Numbered from the stretch's first letter, positions 29,926-39,792 are shown. The stretch: DNA of 64,000 nucleotides from a virus (IMGVR_UViG_3300021979_000001:130948-194947); one strand, 5' to 3'. The notes: generated from the letters alone by a model not told the origin. Numbers and translations are program-made.

Positions 29926-31587
29926 TTATCCAAATCTATGCTTTATACCAGCCTTGAAGAATTTCCGGTATTTCTGCAAAACATTCGCCGGTTCATTTCG
30001 AACATCGCCCGGATAGATATAATTATCATACTTGGGTTTGTTTGATGTTCTACGTGATATTGGATTTCCCGTATCAAACTCAAAACCATTATCGTCTTCA
30101 ATCCATCCTGGGCTACCAAATTGTTCGCGAGCATAAGCATCAATTGGAATCACTCGTTCAATTTTCAATTTGTCAAAATGTTCCGCTGGGACAAATATTT
30201 CATTTCCCCACCGACCAAGTGTATCGTATTTTGTAATTGATGGGTCAGCCTGAAAAATAACAACAAATGGCCGCAAATACCCATGTTTATTGACCCATTC
30301 TTCTACCGAAGTGGTTAAATAAATTCCGCTATGTCCTGACCGGTCAGTTAACGAAATTGCATTATCTTCTGGCTGATAGTTTTTGTTTAATGAAAACTTT
30401 GCCTTATTTGTGATATGATAAAGAGTTAATTTTCCATTTTTTGATGTTGACTCCCCAATCAGTTCAGAAAAATCGCGGTCATTTTTCATCATGTCGTGCA
30501 ACCATTTATCAATTGCTTCTGCGTCGTCAGTGTCTTTTTTGAAGTTCTTAGTTTCATCATATGGTGTTACACGTTCAATCGCGGGTGGATATTTATAATT
30601 TTCTATGTTGATCGGGCCGCGCCATTCACCAAAATAATAATATAAGCAATCAATGTATTCCAGACCAAGTGAATAATAAACTTCCTGGTGAATTGCCATA
30701 TATGCAGGCCACACATACAATGTGTTTCCATCGTATGACAGTAGCGCCCGAAGGCTTTCATGTTTTTTTGCTAAGTTTTCAAATGTTCGTCTGGATGGAT
30801 TTTTTACAACATCGAATGGAAGCCCACTCGAATTAGTCAAACGAACTTCATTGAGAGTTTCTAATGTTAAATCTTTTTCATATGCTTTGACACGTGCATC
30901 CCACAAATCATCCATTACACCAAGATTACGTAAACTTTTGAATGCAAGATTTTCAATTGAATATTCACCGGATTTTTCAAACCCAGCTTGACGCAGTTTT
31001 CGTAATTTGTCCTGCATCTTTTCAATATCGGTAACAGATGGATCGTTGTTAATCAGACTCGCAATTTCGTCGGCATACGCATTAGTTTTTGCGACAACGG
31101 CATGATTATCAAATTCAGGTATTTCTTTAGATGGTTTCTTAATCCATTCGTTACGAAGGATACTGAAAATACCGTTCGCGTTAACCGGTTCTGCAATATC
31201 TTCGACATACATTTCAACAGGTAGTCCACGCACGGTGATATTATATGTTTCACCCCACAATGCTTTTTTTGCTCGAAAAAAGTTATCGGCCAGGGCACCG
31301 AACGCGCTGTAATCGGTAATGATATGTATATCAATGTCACTCAAATTTGTATAATTGTATGCCGCATTACTACCAGTGATAATCACATCACTAATCTTCA
31401 TGTTGTCTACACCAATATACTTTACATATTCGAGTGCATTTTTTAACAGTGTGGCGCGAACCTTTGGTATCATATCACCAGTAGAATCCCATATTTTGGG
31501 ATTAAGGTTATCTGCAAACTTTAAGTATTTTGAAACTTCATCGTCGCTAAATTCATCAGACAATATTAATGACATGGTTAAACTCAT
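29926..31587 (-). CDS. Pol-beta-family nucleotidyltransferase fused to further domains, the last ART-like; putative virion protein
   Basis: TGSNAAYNY..SDIDIHI, VEMYVE; C-terminal LYHIT..GIYLT..GNEIF; TATAAATA at 31600-31607 (- strand). Confidence 0.75.
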   Translation of the reverse strand: MSLTMSLILSDEFSDDEVSKYLKFADNLNPKIWDSTGDMIPKVRATLLKNALEYVKYIGVDNMKISDVIITGSNAAYNYTNLSDIDIHIITDYSAFGALADNFFRAKKALWGETYNITVRGLPVEMYVEDIAEPVNANGIFSILRNEWIKKPSKEIPEFDNHAVVAKTNAYADEIASLINNDPSVTDIEKMQDKLRKLRQAGFEKSGEYSIENLAFKSLRNLGVMDDLWDARVKAYEKDLTLETLNEVRLTNSSGLPFDVVKNPSRRTFENLAKKHESLRALLSYDGNTLYVWPAYMAIHQEVYYSLGLEYIDCLYYYFGEWRGPINIENYKYPPAIERVTPYDETKNFKKDTDDAEAIDKWLHDMMKNDRDFSELIGESTSKNGKLTLYHITNKAKFSLNKNYQPEDNAISLTDRSGHSGIYLTTSVEEWVNKHGYLRPFVVIFQADPSITKYDTLGRWGNEIFVPAEHFDKLKIERVIPIDAYAREQFGSPGWIEDDNGFEFDTGNPISRRTSNKPKYDNYIYPGDVRNEPANVLQKYRKFFKAGIKHRFG

Positions 31588-31714
31588 TATGTTTAACCAT
31601 ATTTATACAATGTGCCTATCTGAACGATGTATATTCGTCCATATTTTTATATTGATTTTATCATCAATTATGGGTTACATAATGTGTGATTTGCTAATGA
31701 CAAGAGGTGTATTG

Positions 31715-32050
31715 ATGTTTGATGTTAAATTTTTTGGTTACAATAATCTCGAATACACTGGCAAAACACCAAAGGATGGCAGCAATCCTTTGGTGAAAAC
31801 CCATAACAAATGTTGGGGATGGGGAACACACAACAACATATGTGTGTCTTTTTGGGGAAAAATGGGGGGCAGTTACCTCCAATTTAAGCAGATCAACAAA
31901 CACAACGCATCATCGATGCAAACAGCAAAACTCCGGTCTGGGTATGTTGATTTGTCCGAAAAAGAGTGGCGTGAAAAATTCCCGAATTGGGACGAAGTGG
32001 TCACACTGTATTATACTATGGCGTTGATGTCAGATAAGATCAAAATGTGA
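31715..32050 (+). CDS. WGR-like domain protein
   Basis: NKCWGW..FWGKMG..KLRSGY; GAGG RBS before ATG 31715. Confidence 0.55.
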   Translation: MFDVKFFGYNNLEYTGKTPKDGSNPLVKTHNKCWGWGTHNNICVSFWGKMGGSYLQFKQINKHNASSMQTAKLRSGYVDLSEKEWREKFPNWDEVVTLYYTMALMSDKIKM

Positions 32051-32067
32051 TTGCTCTGTGATTTTCG

Positions 32068-32223
32068 ATGGTTACGACATAGGCGAGTGATTACAATTCG
32101 TATCAAAGAAACATATGATTCGTTATGTGAATGAGATTTGTTTTCGGTGGAATACCCGCTGGAAGTCAGCGGAAGACCGAGTTGAGATTCTTATCTCAAG
32201 AACTCTTTGTAGACGACTACCAT
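32068..32223 (+). ncRNA. Candidate structured RNA upstream of tnpB
   Basis: Several nested hairpins in an ORF-free gap, closed by atggt/accat. Confidence 0.35.
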
Positions 32224-32368
32224 TGGACCACTTAAGTTCTTAGGACAGGGTTTTAACCCAAATTGATAAATAAAAATGAACGGTAATCATCGGGTGCCAC
32301 CAACACCCAATGAGGCACCTCAAGGCGAAGTGTTGTCCCGTTCTAATGTATTTATCAAGGCGGGAATA

Positions 32369-33580
32369 ATGACTTCCAATAAAGCATATAAATTACGGAT
32401 ATATCCGACAAAACAACAAGCCGAATTGCTTAAGCAAATCGGTGGCAATTGCCGTTGGCTCTGGAATAAATTACTCGCTGATAACCAATCTCACTACACA
32501 AAAACCAAAAAGTTCTTCTTTTACAAAGATATGTCTGCTTCACTACCAAGAATGAAGCAAGAAACCGAATGGCTCGGTGAGGCACCAGCCGTGTCCCTAC
32601 AACGAGTTGCCAAGAACCTTGATACGGCTTTGAAGCAATGCTTCAAAGCCGGTAAAGGCTTCCCTCGCTTCAAAAAGAAATCAACCAATAAAGATTCATT
32701 CTATATCACCAATCAGCAATTCGGTATCAAAGACAACAAGGTCAAAATACCGAAAGTGGGTTGGGTTAAATTCCGTGCTGGTTGCGTTCCTGTGGAACGC
32801 ATCCTGTCAGCAACCGTATCTCAAGACGGCGACCACTGGTATTGCTCCGTCATGTGCGAGTATGAAACATCCGATTTGGTGGAACCAACCAATGCCATCG
32901 GTATTGATTTGGGTTTGAACTATTTAATCACAACAAGTGATGGTGAGGTCGTTGATAACCCACGCCATTTACGTAAAGCAGAAAAGAAACTCACACGGAG
33001 ACAACGCCAGTTGTCTCGTGCCGAAAACAAAAGAAAGAAAAACGAAGGTAGAAAAAGAACTTCAAATAATTACCGCAAGAAACAACTGAAATTATATCGG
33101 TTGCACCGCAAGGTGCGAAACCAACGCAATGATTTCTTGCACAAACTAACAACGGAATTGATAGCCAATAATTCTGTTATTTGTCTGGAAGACCTCAACA
33201 TCAAAGGACTACACCGCACCCAATTAGCCAAATCCATATCGGATGTGGCATGGGGTGAATTGGTGCGTCAGTTGACCTACAAGGCTCACTGGTATGGTAA
33301 GCATATTGTCAAGATTGGACGATTTGACCCATCTTCACAAATTTGCTCTTGTTGTGGTCACAGACAAAAAATGTCTTTAGACAAAAGAACTTACGAATGC
33401 CCTTCTTGTGGGATGTCAATGGATCGGGATTTGAATGCCGCCATTAATATCAAAAATTGGGGAATAAACAAACTGGTAGGGCGAGGAACGCCCGAACCTT
33501 ATCAGGACGCTTTGCGTCCCGATAATACGCCTGTGGATGATACCTCTGACGGGGTTTATTCAGCACTTGCTGCTGAATAA
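32369..33580 (+). CDS. tnpB: IS200/IS605-family RNA-guided endonuclease TnpB
   Basis: KAYKLRIYPT, GFPRFKKK, RuvC IGIDLG / CLEDL / DRDLNAA, zinc finger CSCC..CPSC. Confidence 0.95.
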   Translation: MTSNKAYKLRIYPTKQQAELLKQIGGNCRWLWNKLLADNQSHYTKTKKFFFYKDMSASLPRMKQETEWLGEAPAVSLQRVAKNLDTALKQCFKAGKGFPRFKKKSTNKDSFYITNQQFGIKDNKVKIPKVGWVKFRAGCVPVERILSATVSQDGDHWYCSVMCEYETSDLVEPTNAIGIDLGLNYLITTSDGEVVDNPRHLRKAEKKLTRRQRQLSRAENKRKKNEGRKRTSNNYRKKQLKLYRLHRKVRNQRNDFLHKLTTELIANNSVICLEDLNIKGLHRTQLAKSISDVAWGELVRQLTYKAHWYGKHIVKIGRFDPSSQICSCCGHRQKMSLDKRTYECPSCGMSMDRDLNAAINIKNWGINKLVGRGTPEPYQDALRPDNTPVDDTSDGVYSALAAE

Positions 33581-33656
33581 ATTAGTCATGTGTCGTTGAA
33601 GCAGGAATATCATTGGCTACCACATATAGTGGTCTGCTATTTTAAAGTGATAGTTC
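33475..33656 (+). ncRNA. Predicted TnpB omegaRNA (reRNA) scaffold
   Basis: gggcg-aggaa-cgccc and tttattcagca/tgctgaataaa hairpins, GAAGCAGGAA (33598-33607), tatca/tgata stem then gttc. Confidence 0.6.
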
Positions 33657-33876
33657 CGTAAAAATAAAAAACAATAAGGGGACTATTATTTTAATTGACT
33701 AGAAAAACAAGTGTAATATCAATGGGTTAGCGCACTTTTTAATGTATAATAGGAATAAATTTATTAACAAATGTTAAAAAAGTGTTTACGAAACAGCATT
33801 CTTGGTCTATACGTTAGATTATAGCGAACGATTAACGTTCCTCCCCCACAATTGGTTACACAAGAGGTGCTTACCA

Positions 33877-34683
33877 ATGCCTAACAAAATTACGTTTAAC
33901 AAACCTGCTTGCATGATTTTTGGGGGCGAAAATGATGTCGGCATTCAGATCAAGGTTGAAAACGGCATTGCTTATTTTCGTCCTGCCATGACCGAAACCG
34001 ATGATGTCGTGAAGTTGCACGACCGTGGCAGTTCACATTCAGAAAACGCCCGTGGTGGCAGTGAAATGTTTCTGAAAGGTGGTTCTCGTCGAAATGAACT
34101 TGTAATGGCGCTGCAAAATCCGCATGGGCCGTATTTTGTTCTTGAACGAGATACCCACGGTTGGTTCAAGGCCATTCCGTTTGTTCCATCCCACAAACCG
34201 GCAAAGAAGACACTATCTGTTGCACCCCCGAAAAATGCACCGCACATTCGGGTATGGCGCAATCGGGTGACAAAAAAAGCCCCGGTGTTGACGCGCAACT
34301 TGGTTGAACTCGTCAATCGAGCAAACCAAAAAAATCCAGCACCCGTATCATATAAGGCAGCAAAAAATCTGGTTGCCGAGTATCAGCGTTATGATCGTGC
34401 TGGTCGGCCACTGCGTGAGGTATCCAGGGCAAAAAAGATAATTGCTTCATTTGAAACATCCGGTGGTGATGTAAATGCGGCGATGGCCCTTCAACTTCCA
34501 ACCGTTGCGACAACGGTCACGCCATCTACATCGCGGGCAAAGGGTTCGGTATCAGAACAAAATATCATCGCCCGTCAACAACAGATGATCGAAACCCAGA
34601 AAGAACAGCTTGAATCGCTGTCAAAATTGGTGTTGTCAATGGCGGGAAAGAAACTGACACCCGACGACCTTGCAATGTTATAA
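33877..34683 (+). CDS. Hypothetical basic protein with C-terminal coiled coil
   Basis: GAGG RBS before MPNKITF; GC-richer than neighbours. Confidence 0.7.
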   Translation: MPNKITFNKPACMIFGGENDVGIQIKVENGIAYFRPAMTETDDVVKLHDRGSSHSENARGGSEMFLKGGSRRNELVMALQNPHGPYFVLERDTHGWFKAIPFVPSHKPAKKTLSVAPPKNAPHIRVWRNRVTKKAPVLTRNLVELVNRANQKNPAPVSYKAAKNLVAEYQRYDRAGRPLREVSRAKKIIASFETSGGDVNAAMALQLPTVATTVTPSTSRAKGSVSEQNIIARQQQMIETQKEQLESLSKLVLSMAGKKLTPDDLAML

Positions 34684-34819
34684 TCGCACCCGCATTTTGC
34701 GGCCAGGCGGTTCAACAATATAATCTCATAAAAGCAGGACCATGAAATGTGGTCCTGCTTTTTTTGTTAGAAAGCAACGACGATAAATAAGATATATACT
34801 CGTTGCTAAAGGAAATTCC

Positions 34820-35332
34820 ATGGCTATTGATCTTGAAGTTTTACAAGATTCCCCGCATTTGCTTGATATTTTGTTACAAATGGAAGATGTATTAGATTCA
34901 TTGGACATTTACGTATCCAAAAATTGGTTTAAGGGTGAATTAATTGATGGGCCAAATGTTAGACGCTATTGGCTGGGCATGACTTTGCGATATGATTATC
35001 ATGATATGCCAAATCCCAAAGGGGCATTACGCCTTACCAAACATGGGATTAAGGTGCAGTTCAATAAAGTTGATGATGAACGGGATGCCGAAGATTCAGA
35101 AGCGGAGAAACAGGATGATGATCGGTATCATTGGGAAATTACTATTGAAATTCCACGTCGAATAATTGGGCAATTTTCCACCACCGAACTCGATTTTTAT
35201 GATGACGAGGTTGATATTGATGATGTCCAAGATGCACGTGATAGCGGCATGAATGATGAAACCGGCTATGATCGCGAGGAAAACGACGATTTTAACAATG
35301 ACTCCGAGGAAAATGATGACCAACCGTTCTAA
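34820..35332 (+). CDS. Jumbo-phage-type hypothetical protein with acidic tail (late)
   Basis: LLQMEDVLDSLDIYVSKNW..GP..RYW; ATAAATA 34783-34789. Confidence 0.7.
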   Translation: MAIDLEVLQDSPHLLDILLQMEDVLDSLDIYVSKNWFKGELIDGPNVRRYWLGMTLRYDYHDMPNPKGALRLTKHGIKVQFNKVDDERDAEDSEAEKQDDDRYHWEITIEIPRRIIGQFSTTELDFYDDEVDIDDVQDARDSGMNDETGYDREENDDFNNDSEENDDQPF

Positions 35333-36044
35333 TTTAACCGAAGGTATGCGCGAAGGTGACCTTGCAAATATGCTATTGCCGATTATATCCGTAGATGAAT
35401 ATGAAAGCAAGATCGATGATAGCGCGGTTGTCATCGGATTTTACATCAATGATTTAAATGCGGCCCGCGATTTAAATCGGTATATACAGAAATCACCACA
35501 GGACATTATTGATACTGAAATTTCCCCTGCCCCCGATCAGCATGGGTATTATTTGGTATTTGTTGAGATTATCAATAATAAACAGCTACCTAAAATTATT
35601 ATGGAAATTATAGCTGACATTTCACCGTTAGTTTCTGTTGATACCTGGGAAATGCGATTACGTGGAGAAGATAGCCCGAAAGTGGCATCCGAATCCACGC
35701 TAATGCAATATTTTGGATATTCCATTGAGGAAAATGTTTACAAAATATTAACCAATACTGAATTACATGAAGCAACGGTCACTGGATCGTGCCTTCGTAT
35801 TGCAACCGAAAAATATGCTGCGGCCTTTGAAGTTATTGATATTGCACCCATTTCCATCATGGAAAATCATAAATTACTACGGGAAGAATCATTATCAATT
35901 ACACGCGATGATGTGAATACCTCAAAGATAATTATGGGTATGCTCGGTGAAGGCTGGTTTGCTGACAAATTTGGCGATTATTGGCTACTACATCAAGGGG
36001 GCAATAGCCAGGGGATTCTTGCCCGTGAAAAATATGAGGGGTAA
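35313..36044 (+). CDS. Jumbo-phage-type hypothetical protein
   Basis: LTEGMREGDL..ISVDEYESKI; GAGGA RBS before 35313. Confidence 0.7.
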   Translation: MMTNRSNLTEGMREGDLANMLLPIISVDEYESKIDDSAVVIGFYINDLNAARDLNRYIQKSPQDIIDTEISPAPDQHGYYLVFVEIINNKQLPKIIMEIIADISPLVSVDTWEMRLRGEDSPKVASESTLMQYFGYSIEENVYKILTNTELHEATVTGSCLRIATEKYAAAFEVIDIAPISIMENHKLLREESLSITRDDVNTSKIIMGMLGEGWFADKFGDYWLLHQGGNSQGILAREKYEG

Positions 36045-36127
36045 TGGCCGTTTATTATTTGACATATGACCACCCGATCAGCTATTTTTTAATACTAATG
36101 GAATTGGACGGATAAAAACAACGTCAG

Positions 36128-36541
36128 ATGCTAAGTCATTGGAATACATGGCTTTATCTGCTGTTTGATGGGGAGATCGAGCCTTTGGACGACCAATTGG
36201 AAGTAGTGTTAGACCTACCGATAACAAATGCTTTCTTCCGGCGAAAAACCTTTCCCCCGCTGGAAAAGATACAAGAAGATGGCACCGAAACAAATGAAAC
36301 CAAATTGAGTGTTTTGTTTTCGGTTTTACCACAAGAAGACCGAGCCAGACCGATGTTGGATTGGCTACACGGGAATATAGCAAAAACTGAATATAAAATG
36401 TATGCTAGGTTTTCATATGTATACAAACAATTCACGACCGATGTTTTTTATCATGGTGTGAATTTTGTTTTCACGGACGAATCCGAAGCCATGCTATTTC
36501 GCTTACGGTTTTTTGAACCCGCAACATCAATCGCCATTTGA
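36128..36541 (+). CDS. Hypothetical protein (C-terminal motif family)
   Basis: Ends FVFTDESEAMLFRLRFF; true start may lie upstream. Confidence 0.6.
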   Translation: MLSHWNTWLYLLFDGEIEPLDDQLEVVLDLPITNAFFRRKTFPPLEKIQEDGTETNETKLSVLFSVLPQEDRARPMLDWLHGNIAKTEYKMYARFSYVYKQFTTDVFYHGVNFVFTDESEAMLFRLRFFEPATSIAI

Positions 36542-36677
36542 CAATAAATGCCCTGTGTGCCACATGCCACAGGGTATTTTTATGTATATACCAGGATGTT
36601 AAAAACATCCATGACAATTATCAACCCTGTGTAATAAATACTAATGTTGTATTTACTTTTTCGCAGGGTTTAAGGTT

Positions 36678-36923
36678 TTGGTAGAATTATTTTCAGGCAT
36701 CATTGGTGCAATAATGGGTGGCGGACCAGAAGCAATGATTGCAATTCTGGTAGTGTTTGTCGTTTTATTGCTCCTAGACCGTCGCCGTTTGCTTGCTGAA
36801 ATCAAGCAAAAAGACGCTAAAGTTGAAAAGATCGTTGATGAATATTACAAAGGAAATTTAACGCTCACCGAGGCGTTGACATCCCTTAAACTCGTTTTAT
36901 TTGAGATTAAAGGGAAATTGTAA
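36678..36923 (+). CDS. Small membrane protein with coiled coil (holin-like)
   Basis: One TM helix then RRR and coiled coil; ATAAATA 36634-36640. Confidence 0.6.
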   Translation: MVELFSGIIGAIMGGGPEAMIAILVVFVVLLLLDRRRLLAEIKQKDAKVEKIVDEYYKGNLTLTEALTSLKLVLFEIKGKL

Positions 36924-36924
36924 T

Positions 36925-37812
36925 ATGGTATGGTGGTTTTCAAAAAAGAAGCAGAAAGATAAATCTGATCGGGATTCACGTCATCAGGAAAAAATTATAT
37001 TAAGCCAGCTTGCCTTGTATTCTGCTGCATCTGATACAGCAGACGTTGCGCAAGATGTTACTAATTTACTTAAGTCCCGCCTGGAAGATACAATCTTGCA
37101 GTTTGAAACAACTGCACGCATTCTTAATGATGCATTGATCATCTGTGAAATGGACGGAACCATAGTTAGTTTTAACCCTGCTGCTGAACAAATTTTCGGA
37201 TATACCGCCGATACAATTATTGGAACACCGGTTCTGCCGCTGTTTAAACCATCACACAACACCGCTGGTAATCTTTGGGCTACCATCAATTACGAATCAA
37301 TTGCAAGCATCCCTGGGGTGCCCTTAAAAGAAGTTCGTGGTGTTCGTGCAAATGGTGAGGTTTTCCACATTGATGTTAATCATACCCGATTGGACAAATC
37401 CGATCATTCATCAATAATGTTAGTTTTAGTCCGGGATATATCCGAATTAATTGAAGCTAAAATCGAAACTAATGCGGCAAATGATCGGTATCAAACCGTT
37501 TTCAATAATAGTTTTGATGGAATATTGATTTTACAGGATGATAAAATCGTCGCAGCAAATCACACCATTAGTAATTTATTTGGATATTCCATCGATACGA
37601 TGTTAGAAAATCCTATTAATTTTCTGTTCGGTGATAAAAGTGAAACGCCATGCAGATTGCCGGTAGGTATATCCGAGCCAATTCATTTTGCACGGGAAGG
37701 CATTCATTCTGATGGTAGTAAAATAAAATTATTAATCACCACTAACAAAATAAAGTGGAATGGCACTGATGCTTGTTTAACGACAATAAAAGAAGTTTTT
37801 ACAAGCAAATAA
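36925..37812 (+). CDS. Tandem PAS-domain protein with no output domain
   Basis: DALIICEMDGTIVSFNPAAEQIFGY...VRDISE and DGILILQDDKIVAAN..LFGY. Confidence 0.85.
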   Translation: MVWWFSKKKQKDKSDRDSRHQEKIILSQLALYSAASDTADVAQDVTNLLKSRLEDTILQFETTARILNDALIICEMDGTIVSFNPAAEQIFGYTADTIIGTPVLPLFKPSHNTAGNLWATINYESIASIPGVPLKEVRGVRANGEVFHIDVNHTRLDKSDHSSIMLVLVRDISELIEAKIETNAANDRYQTVFNNSFDGILILQDDKIVAANHTISNLFGYSIDTMLENPINFLFGDKSETPCRLPVGISEPIHFAREGIHSDGSKIKLLITTNKIKWNGTDACLTTIKEVFTSK

Positions 37813-37856
37813 AACGATTTTAGCATTGAACTGCTTACGCATAATACATTACCAAT

Positions 37857-37888
37857 AAAAAAGGCGGGGTTATTTTTACCCCGCCTTT
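37857..37888. terminator. Bidirectional intrinsic terminator
   Basis: aaaaaaggcgggg...ccccgccttt. Confidence 0.8.
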
Positions 37889-37908
37889 AATTTTTGATCA
37901 AAACAGCG

Positions 37909-38169
37909 TTATGCGTTTTTCTGCAAAAACGCAATCAGGTTTTCGCGGGTAATGGTTTCGCCGGTGGTTTCGCCAGTGAAGCTGTGAATGTTGTCGAGAC
38001 GATAGTTGCGATTTTCGCCGTCCAGTTCCCCCGACACAAGCCAGGTTTTATCGGCAGCAGGACCAGCTTTGGTCAGGGAGACCCGACGGGTGGTGACTTC
38101 GCCATTCGGGCGCTTATATGTAAGTTCACCCGTAATCGGGTTTTTGGTTTCGAATTCGGTAACGCTCAT
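37909..38169 (-). CDS. Stand-alone WYL-like domain protein
   Basis: LTYKRPNGEVTTRRV...ENRNYRLDNI. Confidence 0.7.
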   Translation of the reverse strand: MSVTEFETKNPITGELTYKRPNGEVTTRRVSLTKAGPAADKTWLVSGELDGENRNYRLDNIHSFTGETTGETITRENLIAFLQKNA

Positions 38170-38229
38170 GGGAACCCTTTCAATAAAAATGATGATTTTA
38201 GAATGTGTTTAGAAACGATGATTGACCGG

Positions 38230-38442
38230 TTATTCTCCTTTTGCCTTTAAATCTTCATACCGTTTTCGCCATTCTGCGGCGCATTCCTCTCGGATATGGT
38301 TTGCATAAAAATCGTCACGCACCATACTGGATGTCACCTTTTTGTAGCGTTCCGCCGCTTTTGGGTCATATTTTGGATTAAACGGAGCAGGTGGATTTTT
38401 CCATTCATTATCAAAAAATCCAAGATTTCCTGTATAGTTCAT
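38230..38442 (-). CDS. Hypothetical protein
   Basis: 70 aa ORF between tRNA and WYL gene. Confidence 0.55.
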   Translation of the reverse strand: MNYTGNLGFFDNEWKNPPAPFNPKYDPKAAERYKKVTSSMVRDDFYANHIREECAAEWRKRYEDLKAKGE

Positions 38443-38491
38443 GTTTTTAACCCTTGCGAAGCGGTATATCTTTCAGCGTCAATAAAAAAGT

Positions 38492-38578
38492 TGGTGCGGA
38501 TAGCCGGACTCGAACCGGCATGATCTTAGGATCGGCAGATTTTAAGTCTGCTGCGTATACCAATTTCGCCATATCCGC
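38492..38578 (-). tRNA. tRNA-Leu (anticodon TAA)
   Basis: GCGGATA..GCAGA-CTTAAAA-TCTGC, long variable arm, GGTTCGAGTCC, encoded CCA. Confidence 0.95.
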
Positions 38579-38638
38579 AAACCTGATTGAAATAAAATAC
38601 GGTATCAGGTAATCATAGTCAACCATTTTTTTGTTAAA

Positions 38639-38953
38639 TTATTTATAGTGGGATAACAATAATGTTTCTTTGTCACCCCATCGTATCGCTGCAAATTTTA
38701 CTTCATCAATTGCATCGGAAACTGACATATTAAACCATTCGCCTGCCATACGACGATACCGATTTTCATTGTGTATTTGCTTTTCCATGACTTTAATCAT
38801 GGTCGCGGGAAATTCTTCGGTATGATACAATACAAGTTTTGTCGCCTGCCCTGTTTGAAGCTGGCGCAATCTGCGTTTTGGATCAGCACTAAAACCAATT
38901 TTGACTGGTCCCAGTTCATCCGCTGCGATGACATAGATGCATTTTGTGTTCAT
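38639..38953 (-). CDS. GIY-YIG (T5orf172/MUG113-like) protein
   Basis: IYVI..VKIGFS.DP.RRLRQLQTG..E..IH..GEWF. Confidence 0.85.
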   Translation of the reverse strand: MNTKCIYVIAADELGPVKIGFSADPKRRLRQLQTGQATKLVLYHTEEFPATMIKVMEKQIHNENRYRRMAGEWFNMSVSDAIDEVKFAAIRWGDKETLLLSHYK

Positions 38954-38988
38954 GCATCTATTTATTTCGGGAAAACCCCGATTATGAA

Positions 38989-39393
38989 TTAATTAGCGAG
39001 TTCCAGGACAAATGAATGTTGTTTTTCCCATTCAGCCAGGCCGATCATAATTTTTTCGGACCAGTATTCGTCTGGGTCAATCATGGTCTTGAACACATTT
39101 TTGGCGATTATCCCGAGTTGCACTTGCAACTCTATTGAGGATACACCAGATTTTTGTAAAAATTCAAATATATTTGCGATCATCATCACCCGATAATTTT
39201 TGTCTTCATTGTCGTTGGTGATAGAAATAATAATTTGGTTGACGATCCGGGTTTGAAAAGCCACGTCAAGATCGCCAATGTATGGGGATGCATCATTAAC
39301 AATGCTACCTGCCATATAGACAATATCATCCTGTGACGTTTCCAACTGTTCCAGATATTTTTCAAGTATGGTATTCATTCGATTATCCATCAT
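38989..39393 (-). CDS. Hypothetical protein
   Basis: 134 aa ORF in operon. Confidence 0.6.
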   Translation of the reverse strand: MMDNRMNTILEKYLEQLETSQDDIVYMAGSIVNDASPYIGDLDVAFQTRIVNQIIISITNDNEDKNYRVMMIANIFEFLQKSGVSSIELQVQLGIIAKNVFKTMIDPDEYWSEKIMIGLAEWEKQHSFVLELAN

Positions 39394-39417
39394 TATTTTA
39401 TTATTCCTGGATAATAG

Positions 39418-39792
39418 TCAAGATACCCGAATTTTACAATCATTTTCTAACACAAATTCAGACAATGTGTTTATTTTGGTTGGGCGGTGGTGCCGTGCGC
39501 GGGCCACCATTGACTGATTGGATTTCGTTGAACTTATCCGAAACCACAACAAATTTACCTGATCGATATAAAGGTATCCGCCCGGTTTCAGAAAAGAGAT
39601 CGATTTCCCACTGATACCACCAATACAGAATACCACATTATTTCCTTTACGTTGCAACGCCACAGTATCGTTATCGTTTTTCAAAACAGGACGTATATCA
39701 AACGCATTACTATCAACAATTTTTATCTGAACATCAGATGCATTGATAATTTCTGCTAATTCAGGCCGATTTGGTAAAACAACTTCGATCAT
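39418..39792 (-). CDS. Hypothetical protein
   Basis: 124 aa ORF. Confidence 0.6.
   Translation of the reverse strand: MIEVVLPNRPELAEIINASDVQIKIVDSNAFDIRPVLKNDNDTVALQRKGNNVVFCIGGISGKSISFLKPGGYLYIDQVNLLWFRISSTKSNQSMVARARHHRPTKINTLSEFVLENDCKIRVS

Larger units (their letters stand above)
32265..33656 (+). mobile_element. Non-autonomous tnpB-only IS605-like element (ends approximate)
   Basis: tnpB with no tnpA nearby; omegaRNA-like 3' end. Confidence 0.55.

Noticed and set aside
33560-33580. ssrA-like degron at the TnpB C-terminus (ALAAE)
   Set aside because: Terminal Glu breaks the degron, and the sequence is dictated by the overlapping RNA hairpin
32200-33660. Group I intron or IStron around tnpB (GACGACTAC resembles the R element)
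   Set aside because: No convincing S element or complete P7 pairing, and no interrupted host gene is visible
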